A stretch of DNA of 64,000 nt, from NCBI GenBank assembly GCA_944388495.1, contig CALXIZ010000117.1, positions 25,762-89,761 of the forward strand, written 5' to 3'. The DNA comes from an uncultured Clostridia bacterium. Its GTDB lineage: Bacteria; Bacillota; Clostridia; Peptostreptococcales; Anaerovoracaceae. The position numbers were made by a program, and so were the translations under genes. This document shows, one piece after another, positions 19,840-30,978 of this stretch. Numbering within the stretch: position 1 is the stretch's first letter; each line of letters starts with the position of its first letter. The notes under the pieces are model-generated. The model worked only from the letters and a program-made list of their open reading frames with translations, ran no database searches and was not told the DNA's origin.

Positions 19840-20715
19840 CTACCGCTCTTCGTCTTTTTTCCTCTGACGCAGATAGCGGACAGCTGCCGTTCCCGCTTCG
19901 GCGCCGTCGCAGACCGCCTTTGAAATCTGAAGCAGTCCGCCCGTGCAGTCACCTGCCGCAAAGAGACCCGGAACAGGCGTCGATCCGTCTTTTTCGATCA
20001 TCCATTTTCCTTCCGGATCCACGACGCCGAGCTTTCTGCCCAGATCCGTGCTTCCGGCTGTACCTTCCGCCACAAAAACGCCTGAAACCGATACGGATGT
20101 ACCATCTTCAAAGCATACCTCAGAGAGCAGCTGATCTCCCTGCAGTTTTTCGATTTTCTCTTTTTTTACAGAAATTTTCTCAGGAACTTCCGCTTCCATT
20201 TCTCTGCCATTCGTCAGAATCATCACCGAATTGACCACTCCGGCGAGATGTTCCGCTTCGCTCACCGCATAAGCGCCGTTTCCGATGACAGCCACATCAT
20301 TGCCTCTGTGGAAAAATGCATCACATACCGCACAGTAACTTACGCCTGCGCCTTCAAATTCTTTCAGACCCGGAATATCCGGCGCTCTGCGGACAGAACC
20401 TGCTGCGATGATCAGAGCTTTCGCCTCATGTTCTCCGCGATCCGTCAGAATCTGAAAATTTCCGTCATAAGAAACGCTGAACACTTCCTCGCCGAGAACG
20501 GTAACTCCCAGCCTTTCGGCTCCGCGGATTCCTCTTTCAAAGAGCTCCTGTCCGCTTACAGGCTCCGCGAATCCGTAGTAATTTTCTATCTTTCCGGCTT
20601 TCCCCAGAGAACCTGAAGAAAATCCCGTAACCACCGTAGACATCCCGGCTCTCGCTGTGTACAGAGCAGCCGATATGCCGGCGGGACCCTTTCCTATGAT
20701 AAAAACATCTGTCAT
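19840..20715 (-). CDS. Thioredoxin-reductase-like flavoprotein (CAVC redox centre; NADPH HRR motif absent)
   Basis: 291 aa with FAD motif IIGKGPAGISAAL, redox motif SYCAVCDAFF and a second dinucleotide motif VIGNGAYAVSEA. Where TrxB has HRRDxFRA, this protein has TNGREMEA. Confidence 0.8.
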   Translation of the reverse strand: MTDVFIIGKGPAGISAALYTARAGMSTVVTGFSSGSLGKAGKIENYYGFAEPVSGQELFERGIRGAERLGVTVLGEEVFSVSYDGNFQILTDRGEHEAKALIIAAGSVRRAPDIPGLKEFEGAGVSYCAVCDAFFHRGNDVAVIGNGAYAVSEAEHLAGVVNSVMILTNGREMEAEVPEKISVKKEKIEKLQGDQLLSEVCFEDGTSVSVSGVFVAEGTAGSTDLGRKLGVVDPEGKWMIEKDGSTPVPGLFAAGDCTGGLLQISKAVCDGAEAGTAAVRYLRQRKKDEER

Positions 20716-22100
20716 GATATCACCTCTTTTTCCGCCAGAAGCCTGTAAAGAGCCGGATTCACACGGAATTCCTCCATCAGCGTCTCCACCTCCCGCAGTG
20801 ACTTTTCTCTCTTCGCTTTCGGAATATTTGTCTTCACTGCCCGGATCAGAACATTTTTCGGCGTATGAGAAAAATCCACAAATTCCAGAACCTGCGTCTT
20901 ATACCCCATATACTCCAGCAGAGAAGCCCGTACAGCATCTGTAGCGAGCGCGGAAAACCGTTCCTTCAGCAGACCGTATTTCGTCAGAAGAGAGAGTTCT
21001 CCTCCCTCGATCTGAGCATTCATCTCATGCTGGCAGCACGGAACGGAGAGAATGACGCGGCTGTTCCATTCCATCGCATGCAGGAGAGCATAATCTGTGG
21101 CCGTATCGCAGGCATGCAGCGTGATGACCATATCCACGGGCTCCTCGCTCTCATATACGCTGATATCGCCCACTTCAAATTTCAGATTTTCGTAGCCGTA
21201 TTTTTCCGCCGCCTGTCTGCATTTTCTGATAACGTCCGCTTTCAGATCCAGCCCTGTCATATATGCTCTTATCTTCTTCACATATGTCAGATAATAATAC
21301 AGGATAAACGTGAGATAAGCCTTGCCGCATCCGAAGTCTACGATATGGATCTCTTCAAATCCGCAGGCGTCCACCGCATCATCCACAATCTCAAGAAAGC
21401 GGTTGATCTGACGGAATTTGTCTCCCATACTCCTGACGACTCTGCCCTCTTTTGTAAAAATACCCATATCGGTCAGAGGAGCCACCTCTGTTCCTTCCTC
21501 TATGAGCCTCTTCTTTTTTCTGTTATGCCGCAGCGCGGTATCCGTCTCCGCGCCCGGAATACACGGCGCTGAGCCGCACTCTGCTGCTTCAGCATTTTTC
21601 CGTCCGCCCTGCGCGCTGATCCGCGCGCTTTCCTGTCTGCCGCGGTATTCCATGCCCAGATCCGGAATTTTTTTGCGTATACTGTTTTTCATTCCGTTTC
21701 CGGCAGGCGTTCTGCCGGCCAGAATCTTTCCCTTCTTGGAAATCCTCATGCTGAATTCCGATTCCGCCGAAAAAGCGTTGACCTGACGGAATCCTCTTTC
21801 GAGAAAGGAAACGATGAAATCCGAAACCGCTTTCTTTTCCAGATTTTCATGAAATACCTGCGTCTTCGTAAATTTTTCCGCCTGATATTTCAGCACGCCT
21901 CCGATCCGCTTCGGAGAAAGAACAATCTTTTCGCAGATATCGTCCGGCTCCGCTGCCGGTATATCCTTCAATTCTCCGGCGGCTGCACCGCGGCGGCGGT
22001 TGCTTACCACGATCTTATGCGGATTTTCTTTCATCATGTTATCCACAGCCGCCTTCGCTTCCGCGGAATTCAGACTGCGTTCCCGGTCATCTCCGCTCAT
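20712..22100 (-). CDS. Class I SAM-dependent methyltransferase (Methyltransf_32-like) with an N-terminal extension
   Basis: 462 aa with SAM motif I HIVDFGCGKAYL and a later LHACDTATD motif. It overlaps both neighbouring genes by 4 nt. Confidence 0.7.
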   Translation of the reverse strand: MSGDDRERSLNSAEAKAAVDNMMKENPHKIVVSNRRRGAAAGELKDIPAAEPDDICEKIVLSPKRIGGVLKYQAEKFTKTQVFHENLEKKAVSDFIVSFLERGFRQVNAFSAESEFSMRISKKGKILAGRTPAGNGMKNSIRKKIPDLGMEYRGRQESARISAQGGRKNAEAAECGSAPCIPGAETDTALRHNRKKKRLIEEGTEVAPLTDMGIFTKEGRVVRSMGDKFRQINRFLEIVDDAVDACGFEEIHIVDFGCGKAYLTFILYYYLTYVKKIRAYMTGLDLKADVIRKCRQAAEKYGYENLKFEVGDISVYESEEPVDMVITLHACDTATDYALLHAMEWNSRVILSVPCCQHEMNAQIEGGELSLLTKYGLLKERFSALATDAVRASLLEYMGYKTQVLEFVDFSHTPKNVLIRAVKTNIPKAKREKSLREVETLMEEFRVNPALYRLLAEKEVIS

Positions 22101-22522
22101 ATGCCATCCTCTTCCCTGTCCTCTTCCTCTTCCGCACCGGAAGGTATGAAATTGCGCGGCGGATGATAGCTGAAGCCTCTCTGTCTGTATTCTCTGATCT
22201 TATCCAGCTCCATCACTTTTATGATATCCTCTTTTGAAAGGATGCCGGACATGCGGATATCCACAACCCCGCCCGTCATCATGATGAGAGTAGGCGCCGC
22301 GCTGATCTCGAACATCTCGGTCAGCTCTCTTTCACGCAGGATATCCAGTGTTCCGGCATTGACGACATCCGCATACCCGGCCGCGATTTCTTCAAGAATT
22401 TTCTCCAGACGGCCGCCCGGATCGCAGAACGGTGCGGAAAGGAGGATGATATAGGGTTTTACGGAAAGTATGACTTCCTGTTCATAATTCGCATCTGTGA
22501 TCTTCTTCACCAGCTTTGCCAT
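22097..22522 (-). CDS. Thioredoxin-fold protein with a monothiol FCDPG site in place of WCGPC
   Basis: It aligns by eye to thioredoxin: ITDANYEQEV...LLSAPFCDPGGR...AAPTLIMM, with the cis-Pro retained. The ATG at 22522 is preferred over the GTG at 22552, which lies inside a DnaA box. Confidence 0.7.
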   Translation of the reverse strand: MAKLVKKITDANYEQEVILSVKPYIILLSAPFCDPGGRLEKILEEIAAGYADVVNAGTLDILRERELTEMFEISAAPTLIMMTGGVVDIRMSGILSKEDIIKVMELDKIREYRQRGFSYHPPRNFIPSGAEEEEDREEDGI

Positions 22523-22531
22523 TTTTCCCGC

Positions 22532-22662
22532 CTTTCCACAGAATTTATCCACTTATCCACAGAAAAATTCCGACTTTTCCACACGACTTATCCATATTTT
22601 ACACAGAGTTATCCACAATTATCCACAGCCTTATCCACATTTTCTGTGGACAAAGTGGATAA
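22532..22662. promoter_or_regulatory. Dense DnaA-box cluster outside oriC
   Basis: Four perfect TTATCCACA boxes lie at 22553-61, 22609-17, 22619-27 and 22631-39. Five one-mismatch boxes lie at 22545-53, 22575-83, 22588-96, and inverted at 22645-53 and 22654-62. A two-mismatch box lies at 22532-40. Confidence 0.8.
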
Positions 22663-22673
22663 GTCTTTTTTCC

Positions 22674-23657
22674 TTATCTTCCCAGACCGAATCTCTCTTT
22701 GACTCTTCCGAGCGTCTTTTCAGCGATGACCTCCGCTCTTTCCGCTCCGTCTCTGAGTATAGCATCCAGCTCTCCGGAATCCATGACATCGCGGTATCTC
22801 TGCTGAATCGGCGTCACAGCCTCCATGACGACTTCCACGAGATCCTTCTTGAAATCTCCGTAGCCGCTGCCGCGATACGTCTCCTCCAGCTTTTCCACAG
22901 GAGTTCCGGAAAAAGCGCTGTAAATTGAAAGCAGATTACTGATTCCCGGCTTGTTTTCCACATCATAGCGGATTTCACCGTCAGAATCGGTCGTCGCTCT
23001 CATAATTGCTTTTTTTATCTTATTCGGGGAATCCATCAGCGAAATTCGGCTGTATTCATTTTCCGCGCTTTTACTCATCTTGCTGGTCGGATCGTCCAGA
23101 GCCATGACTCTCGCTCCGCTCTTCATGTATTTGCCCTCCGGTACGACCAGAGTGCCTTCTCCGTATTTGCCGTTGATCCTTACAGCCAGATCGCGCGTCA
23201 GCTCGATATGCTGTTTCTGATCGTCTCCCACAGGCACGATATCCGTATCGTAAAGGAGAATATCAGAAGCCATGAGCACGGGATACATGAAAAGACCGGT
23301 CGGCGCAGATTCCTTCTCTCTGCTCTTCTGCTTGAACTGTGTCATGCGCGAGAGCTCTCCGGTATAGGAGCTGCAGGTGAGAATCCAGGAAAGCTCCGCA
23401 TGGCCCGAAACGTCGGACTGTACAAATACGATGGATTTTTTCGGATCGACTCCCACCGCCAGATACAGCGCCGCCACACTTCTGATATTTTCTCTGAGCT
23501 CCTTCGGATCCTTCGGAACGGTGATGGCATGAAGGTCTACGATACAGTAAACACATTCATCCTCTTCCTGAAGCTCTACAAACTGCTTCAGAGCGCCGAG
23601 ATAATTGCCTATATGTATGTTTCCCGTCGGCTGAATTCCGGAAAATACTCTTTTCAT
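22674..23657 (-). CDS. trpS: Tryptophan--tRNA ligase
   Basis: 327 aa: MKRVFSGIQPTGNIHIGNYLGA... with the KMSKS motif. Its ATG overlaps the stop of the upstream sigma gene (ATGA). Confidence 0.95.
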   Translation of the reverse strand: MKRVFSGIQPTGNIHIGNYLGALKQFVELQEEDECVYCIVDLHAITVPKDPKELRENIRSVAALYLAVGVDPKKSIVFVQSDVSGHAELSWILTCSSYTGELSRMTQFKQKSREKESAPTGLFMYPVLMASDILLYDTDIVPVGDDQKQHIELTRDLAVRINGKYGEGTLVVPEGKYMKSGARVMALDDPTSKMSKSAENEYSRISLMDSPNKIKKAIMRATTDSDGEIRYDVENKPGISNLLSIYSAFSGTPVEKLEETYRGSGYGDFKKDLVEVVMEAVTPIQQRYRDVMDSGELDAILRDGAERAEVIAEKTLGRVKERFGLGR

Positions 23658-24403
23658 CGCTGATATTCCTCCTTGAATTTCTGTTTGATTCTCTTTTCTA
23701 TTCTGGAAACAGTCATCTGAGAAACGCCCAGTTCCTCAGCGATCTGTTGCTGTGTTTTGCCTTCCACGAACCTCATATTGCAGAAATCTCTTTCCTCCGG
23801 AGTGAAATTCTGCATCGTCCTCTCGATAAAGTCCGCATTTTCCAGCGTCTGAAAACCGGAATCCTCCGTACCGGTATAACGTTCGAGAAAGGATTCCCCA
23901 TTATCCGATTCCTCATCATCCATCGACTGCTGAAGGGAATAGGCGCTGTAGGCGCGTCCCGACTCCATGGCCTGCAGCACATCCTCTTCCGAAGCGCCGA
24001 GTTCCCCGGCTATCTCGGAAATTTTCGGCGTTCTCTGCAGCTTCGTCTCAAGCTGCTGCTTTACCGACGGAATCCGTACCGACAGATCCTTCATCTTCCG
24101 CGGAACTTTGATAGCCCAGCCCTTGTCCCGGAAATATCTCTTTATCTCTCCCAGGATCGTCGGCGTGGCAAATGCCGGAAAATCAACGCCTCTGTCCGGG
24201 TCATAACGGTCTGCAGCCAGAATGAGAGCCATGGAACCCACCTGGTATAGATCGTCGTAATCCACACCTCTGTTCAAATATCTTTTAACAAGTATATCTA
24301 CTATATACAGATATTTTTCAACTATTTTATTTCTGTCTTCAATGCTTCCGCTTTTTTTATAAGCATCAAAGAGATCCCTGTTGATTTCAACAGAACTGCT
24401 CAT
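23654..24403 (-). CDS. Alternative sigma factor of the SigB/F/G group (SigB-like)
   Basis: 249 aa. Region 2 reads DLYQVGSMALILAADRYDPDRGVDFPAFATPTILGEIKRYFRDKGWAIKVPRKMKDL, which resembles B. subtilis SigB RDKTWSVHVPRRIKEL. The region 4.2 HTH is QQIAEELGVSQMTVSRIEKR. Confidence 0.85.
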   Translation of the reverse strand: MSSSVEINRDLFDAYKKSGSIEDRNKIVEKYLYIVDILVKRYLNRGVDYDDLYQVGSMALILAADRYDPDRGVDFPAFATPTILGEIKRYFRDKGWAIKVPRKMKDLSVRIPSVKQQLETKLQRTPKISEIAGELGASEEDVLQAMESGRAYSAYSLQQSMDDEESDNGESFLERYTGTEDSGFQTLENADFIERTMQNFTPEERDFCNMRFVEGKTQQQIAEELGVSQMTVSRIEKRIKQKFKEEYQR

Positions 24404-24434
24404 AATCTATCCTCTCGCTGCTGTACCACCTTGA

Positions 24435-24869
24435 TCAGGTTCTGCTGTAGTGCTTGATCATGCGGATCAGCATATTTCTCTCAGGCGCAGCCGAAAAGAT
24501 GTCAACCTCATCCATGAGGGCTCTCAGCATCAGAAGGCCGGTCGCCGGTCCTGTCATATCGCGGTCTGATACATATGCTTCAGGAAGCTCGCTGCATTTC
24601 TGAAGCATCCTCCCGCTCTGTCCGTAGATATTTCCGTCGTCGATAGAAATGACGATTCCGTCCTCTCCCAGTTCGCATACGATCTGATACATCACCGTAT
24701 TCTTGCAGCTGCAGAAAACGTTGGTACAGACTTCGGAAACCGCGACTTTGATATCCTCGATATCTTCAATATCAAAACCGGCGGTATTTGCGGCAGAAGA
24801 TACTGCAAGTCTTACGACTCCTACATATTCCGGCTTGCCCGGTACTGTAAATCTTAACAAATCTGCCAT
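24435..24869 (-). CDS. RsbW/SpoIIAB-like anti-sigma factor (GHKL fold) with a degenerate G2 box
   Basis: 144 aa. VPGKPEYVGVVRLAVSSAANTAGFDIEDIEDIKVAVSEVCTNV parallels RsbW [43 protein letters not shown]. RsbW GGLGLYLMETLMDEV corresponds here to PATGLLMLRALMDEV. Confidence 0.75.
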   Translation of the reverse strand: MADLLRFTVPGKPEYVGVVRLAVSSAANTAGFDIEDIEDIKVAVSEVCTNVFCSCKNTVMYQIVCELGEDGIVISIDDGNIYGQSGRMLQKCSELPEAYVSDRDMTGPATGLLMLRALMDEVDIFSAAPERNMLIRMIKHYSRT

Positions 24870-24964
24870 TTCAGGTCACTCCTTTGTATTTGTATGAAAA
24901 TTTCGCCTTCTTCAGGTTTCAAACAGGCGCAAAAAGATTTTCGCCCATGCAAAAACCGCCCGCT

Positions 24965-24999
24965 GCCGCTGCCGGACCGCAGCGCGGTCCGGCAGCGGC
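24965..24999. terminator. 16-bp perfect GC-rich hairpin downstream of gyrA; a possible terminator
   Basis: GCCGCTGCCGGACCGC-agc-GCGGTCCGGCAGCGGC. On the minus strand a T5 run follows only after 9 nt, so the terminator call is tentative. Confidence 0.5.
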
Positions 25000-25077
25000 G
25001 TACAGAAAAATACGGGCGCAGGCTTTTTCAGCAGGCACGGGATAGATTTAAATTTCATATACCCTGCCCGCCCGAAA

Positions 25078-27570
25078 TCAAACGTCCAGAGCGGTCTGTT
25101 CCTCGGCAGGACCCTGATCCGCATCATCGCTTTCGTGATGTTCCTCACTGACGACTTTGGCCATGGCGATGATATTCGCATCCTCCGCAACTTTCATGAT
25201 TCTGACGCCCTGTGTCGCTCTTCCGAGACGCGAAACATCTCCCGCTTTGATGCGGATAATGATTCCGTCAGAATTTATCAGCATGACCTCATCATTTTCC
25301 GTCACCGTCATGGCGCCGATCAGCTCACCCGTCTTTTTAAACTTCGCTTTGTCATAAGTGAGGAGTCCCTTTCCTCCTCTGGCCTGCACTTTATATTCTT
25401 TTACGGGCGTCCTCTTTCCGTAGCCCGCCTGCGTTACCACGAGAAGTTCCTCGTCGTCCTCCGCCAGCTCCATCGCCACGACTTCATCATCATCTTCCAG
25501 CTGAATCGCCTTTATGCCGGCCGCGATTCTTCCCATCGGCCGTACATCCTCCTCGCTGAAGCGGATACTCTTTCCGTGCTTCGTCACGATGATGACATTG
25601 CTCGTTCCCGAGGTCTGTTTGATACCGATCATCTCGTCACCGTCTTTCAGATTCATGGCGATGAGACCCGATTTTCTGTTCGTATCAAACTGGGCAAGAT
25701 CCGTCTTTTTGATCGTTCCCTTTTTCGTGACAGCGATCAGATATCTGTCTGGGCTGAATTCACTGATCGGAATGACAGCCGTGATCCTCTCGCGCTGCAT
25801 CAGATTCAGGAAGTTGACGGCAGGCATGCCCTTTGCGGTGCGCTGCGCCTCCGGAATCTCGTAGGCCTTCATGCGGTGCGCCTTTCCTGTATTCGTGAAA
25901 AACAGGAGATAATCATGAGTCGAGGTTATGATCATATTTTTTACGAAATCATTTTCTCTCGTCGTGATTCCCGTGATGCCTTTTCCGCCTCTCTTCTGAG
26001 TCTTGTAGGTATCCATGGCCACTCTCTTGATATATCCCAGATGCGTGAGCGTAATAGCCACCTGCTGTTCCGGTATGAGGTCTGATTCATCGATCTCTCC
26101 GGCGTCAGCCACGATCTCAGTTCTTCTCTCATCGCTGAATTTTTCTTTGATCTCCAGGAGCTCTTCCTTGATGACTCCCATGAGAACCTTTTCATCGCCC
26201 AGAATCTCTTTATACCAGCTGATTTTTTTCATCAGCTCATCGTATTCCGCTTCGATTTTTTCTCTCTCGAGTCCCTGCAGACGAGCGAGCCTCATGTCGA
26301 GAATCGCCTGTGCCTGTACGTCCGAAAGAGAAAATTTTTCCATCAGCTTCTGTTTCGCATCGTTGTAGCTGGAACGTATGACGCGGATGACTTCATCGAT
26401 ATGATCCAGAGCGATGAGATATCCTTCGAGAATATGAGCTCTTTCTTCCGCCTTGCGGAGATCATACTTCGTTCTTCTCGTCACCACTTCTTCCTGGAAA
26501 ATGATATAGTTGTCCAGCATCTCGTAGAGATTCAGCGTCTTCGGCTGACCGTCGACGAGAGCGATCATGATAATGCTGAAGGTATCCTGAAGCTGTGTGT
26601 GTTTAAACAGCCTGTTTAGCGTGATCTGCGGATTTGCATCCCGCTTCAGCTCCACTACGATGCGCATTCCGCTGCGGTCTGACTCATCGCGGACGTCGGA
26701 AATATGCTCGATTTTCTTTTCCTTCACGAGCTCCGCGATCTTTTCGATCACTCTCGCCTTATTGACCTGATAAGGGATTTCCGTAAATACGATCTGCATC
26801 TTTCCCTTTGAGGTCTCTTCAAATTCATATCTGGAACGTACCGTGATTTTTCCCTGACCTGTGCGGTAAGCCTCTCTTATGGCGCTCTTTCCAAGAATCT
26901 GCGCCCCGGTAGGGAAATCCGGCGCTTTTATGATATCGATCAGATCTTCGATGTCGCAGTCTCTGTCGTCGATCATCCGTACCGCGGCGTCGATTACGTC
27001 GCCGAGATTATGAGGCGGGATCGACGTCGCCATACCTACGGCAATACCGTTCGAACCGTTGACCAGCAGATTCGGATATCTCGACGGCAGGACGACCGGT
27101 TCCTTTTCGTCTCCGTCGAAATTCGGCTGAAAGTCCACCGTATCTTTATTCAGATCGCGCAGCATCTGAAGCGCAAAAGGCGTCATTCTCGCTTCTGTAT
27201 AACGCATGGCGGCGGCGCCGTCTCCGTCCATCGATCCGAAGTTTCCGTGGCCGTCCACGAGAGGATAGCGTATATTCCACTCCTGAGCCAGTCTTACCAT
27301 CGCGTCGTATACGGAGCTGTCGCCGTGAGGATGGTATTTACCGAGAACATCACCGACGATACGGGCCGACTTTCTGTGAGGCTTGTCCGGCGTCACGCCC
27401 AGCTCCATCATATCGTACAGAATTCTCCTGTGAACGGGCTTCAGACCGTCCCTTACGTCCGGCAGCGCACGGCTGACGATGACGCTCATCGAATAATCGA
27501 TATAGGAGGAGCGCATGATCGTGTTGATGTCCCTGTGAAGAATTTTTGTATCTTCAACCAGATTTTCCAT
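25078..27570 (-). CDS. gyrA: DNA gyrase subunit A
   Basis: 830 aa with [28 protein letters not shown] and the active-site AAMRYTE motif. Confidence 0.97.
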   Translation of the reverse strand: MENLVEDTKILHRDINTIMRSSYIDYSMSVIVSRALPDVRDGLKPVHRRILYDMMELGVTPDKPHRKSARIVGDVLGKYHPHGDSSVYDAMVRLAQEWNIRYPLVDGHGNFGSMDGDGAAAMRYTEARMTPFALQMLRDLNKDTVDFQPNFDGDEKEPVVLPSRYPNLLVNGSNGIAVGMATSIPPHNLGDVIDAAVRMIDDRDCDIEDLIDIIKAPDFPTGAQILGKSAIREAYRTGQGKITVRSRYEFEETSKGKMQIVFTEIPYQVNKARVIEKIAELVKEKKIEHISDVRDESDRSGMRIVVELKRDANPQITLNRLFKHTQLQDTFSIIMIALVDGQPKTLNLYEMLDNYIIFQEEVVTRRTKYDLRKAEERAHILEGYLIALDHIDEVIRVIRSSYNDAKQKLMEKFSLSDVQAQAILDMRLARLQGLEREKIEAEYDELMKKISWYKEILGDEKVLMGVIKEELLEIKEKFSDERRTEIVADAGEIDESDLIPEQQVAITLTHLGYIKRVAMDTYKTQKRGGKGITGITTRENDFVKNMIITSTHDYLLFFTNTGKAHRMKAYEIPEAQRTAKGMPAVNFLNLMQRERITAVIPISEFSPDRYLIAVTKKGTIKKTDLAQFDTNRKSGLIAMNLKDGDEMIGIKQTSGTSNVIIVTKHGKSIRFSEEDVRPMGRIAAGIKAIQLEDDDEVVAMELAEDDEELLVVTQAGYGKRTPVKEYKVQARGGKGLLTYDKAKFKKTGELIGAMTVTENDEVMLINSDGIIIRIKAGDVSRLGRATQGVRIMKVAEDANIIAMAKVVSEEHHESDDADQGPAEEQTALDV

Positions 27571-27630
27571 TGATTACTCCTTATGAATACAGATTAACAT
27601 CTCTTGTACGTATCTCATGAATGTCTGCTG

Positions 27631-27684
27631 TCCGCTGCCGCGCTTCTGCAGGTACGGCCCGCGGAGCGGGCCGCGCGCAGCGGC
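27631..27684 (-). other. Structured GC-rich element in the gyrB-gyrA spacer
   Basis: The outer stem CCGCTGC(C)GCGC / GCGCGCAGCGG encloses the inner hairpin GGCCCGC-gga-GCGGGCC. No U-tract follows on the minus strand. Confidence 0.4.
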
Positions 27685-27743
27685 GTAAATTCCGGCAGTG
27701 CCGATGAAACGGATTCTCCGGAATGACAAAACAAAAACAGGCA

Positions 27744-29675
<1,932 letters not shown>

Positions 29676-29730
29676 TTACTTACGATAACAAAAATAATAA
29701 AACGATTTCTCCGCAGCTTTTAAATCTATG

Positions 29731-30852
29731 TCAATGATTTTCTCCCGGCCGCGTTCCGCCCGACAGTCTCACACTCCCACGCTCCACCTGAAACACGGTG
29801 TAATCGGAAAGCCTCGATATGATTCCGCTGTCGAGTTCTGTAGCCGTGATGAAAATCTGTATGTCTCCGAAAGATGTGATCAGCTGGCGCTGGCGCGTTC
29901 TGTCGAGTTCGGAAAGTACATCATCCAGCAGAAGCACCGGCTTTTCCCCGGTCTCTTCCTCGATCAGTGTCAGCTCGGCCAGCTTCAGCGAAAGAGCTGC
30001 CGTACGCTGCTGCCCCTGCGAGCCGTAATTTCTCACATCTGTTCCGTTCGTTTTTATGCCGAGATCGTCTCTGTGAGGACCCCGGAGCGTCGTCCTGCGC
30101 GCCGCATCTTTTTCTCTGCCTTCGCGCAGCACCTGAAGATACTGCTTTCTCTGTTCGGGCGGATTTTCTGCGAGAGGAATATCCGGTTCATAAAAAACGT
30201 CCAGTTCCTCTCTTCCTTCTGTCAGATCACCGTGAATTTTCCTGCTGATCACTCTCAGTCTCTCTGAGAACGCTTTTCTGCGTACCATGATTCTGGAACC
30301 GTAAAAAGCCGTCTCTTCATCCCAGATGTCCATAAGCGATGCGTCCGGACGTTCTTCCCGCAGAAGAACATTTCTCTGATTCAGAGCTTTCCGGTAACGG
30401 ACCAGATCGTCATAATAGACAGGACTCAGCTGGCACAGCTCTCTGTCGATGAAACGCCTTCTCTTTTCCGGTTCATCCTTGACGATGCGCAGGTCATCCG
30501 GAGAAAAGATGACGATATAGACGTTTTCCAGAAGATCCGATATTTTCTTTTTCTTCACACCGTCGATCTTCAGACTTTTTTTTCTGCGGATCAGTCCGAT
30601 CTCGACAGTCAGATCTTCCCCCTCCTTCTCCGATACAGTTCTGATACGTGCAAAATCCGTTCCGAACCGTATCATATCGCTGTCTCTGGATGTACGGAAT
30701 GATTTTCCCAGAGACATGATATACAGAGCCTCTAAAAGATTCGTCTTTCCCTGTGCATTTTCTCCGAGAAGTATGTTCACCTTCTCGTGAAAACGTATCT
30801 TCAGCTTCTCATAATTTCTGAAATTAACGAGTTCGAGTTCTTTAAAATACAT
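29731..30852 (-). CDS. recF: DNA replication/repair protein RecF
   Basis: Start chosen at the internal ATG, giving MYFKELELVNFRNYEKL...GENAQGKTNLLEA (Walker A). It occupies the canonical position between dnaN and gyrB. Confidence 0.9.
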   Translation of the reverse strand: MYFKELELVNFRNYEKLKIRFHEKVNILLGENAQGKTNLLEALYIMSLGKSFRTSRDSDMIRFGTDFARIRTVSEKEGEDLTVEIGLIRRKKSLKIDGVKKKKISDLLENVYIVIFSPDDLRIVKDEPEKRRRFIDRELCQLSPVYYDDLVRYRKALNQRNVLLREERPDASLMDIWDEETAFYGSRIMVRRKAFSERLRVISRKIHGDLTEGREELDVFYEPDIPLAENPPEQRKQYLQVLREGREKDAARRTTLRGPHRDDLGIKTNGTDVRNYGSQGQQRTAALSLKLAELTLIEEETGEKPVLLLDDVLSELDRTRQRQLITSFGDIQIFITATELDSGIISRLSDYTVFQVERGSVRLSGGTRPGENH

Positions 30853-30904
30853 GACTGCAATTCTGCTCTGCGCTCTGTAAAGAGCCGCGCTGCACGGCAT
30901 CTCC

Positions 30905-30946
30905 TGTGCGGAGGAAAATTATCCGCCGCCCTCCGCACATTTTTTT
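30905..30946 (+). terminator. Plus-strand intrinsic terminator lying antisense to the local operon
   Basis: TGTGCGGAGG-15 nt loop-CCTCCGCACA followed by a T7 run on the plus strand. The flanking genes dnaN and recF are on the minus strand. Confidence 0.45.
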
Positions 30947-30978
30947 CCGTGTTCCGTTTCCCGCCGGATCTTTCTCTG

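Noticed and set aside
24912-25190. 92-aa ORF considered as the missing RsbV/SpoIIAA anti-anti-sigma
   Set aside because: It overlaps the gyrA 3' end and the GC-rich hairpin. It is Arg/Pro-rich with no STAS-like pattern and no RBS.
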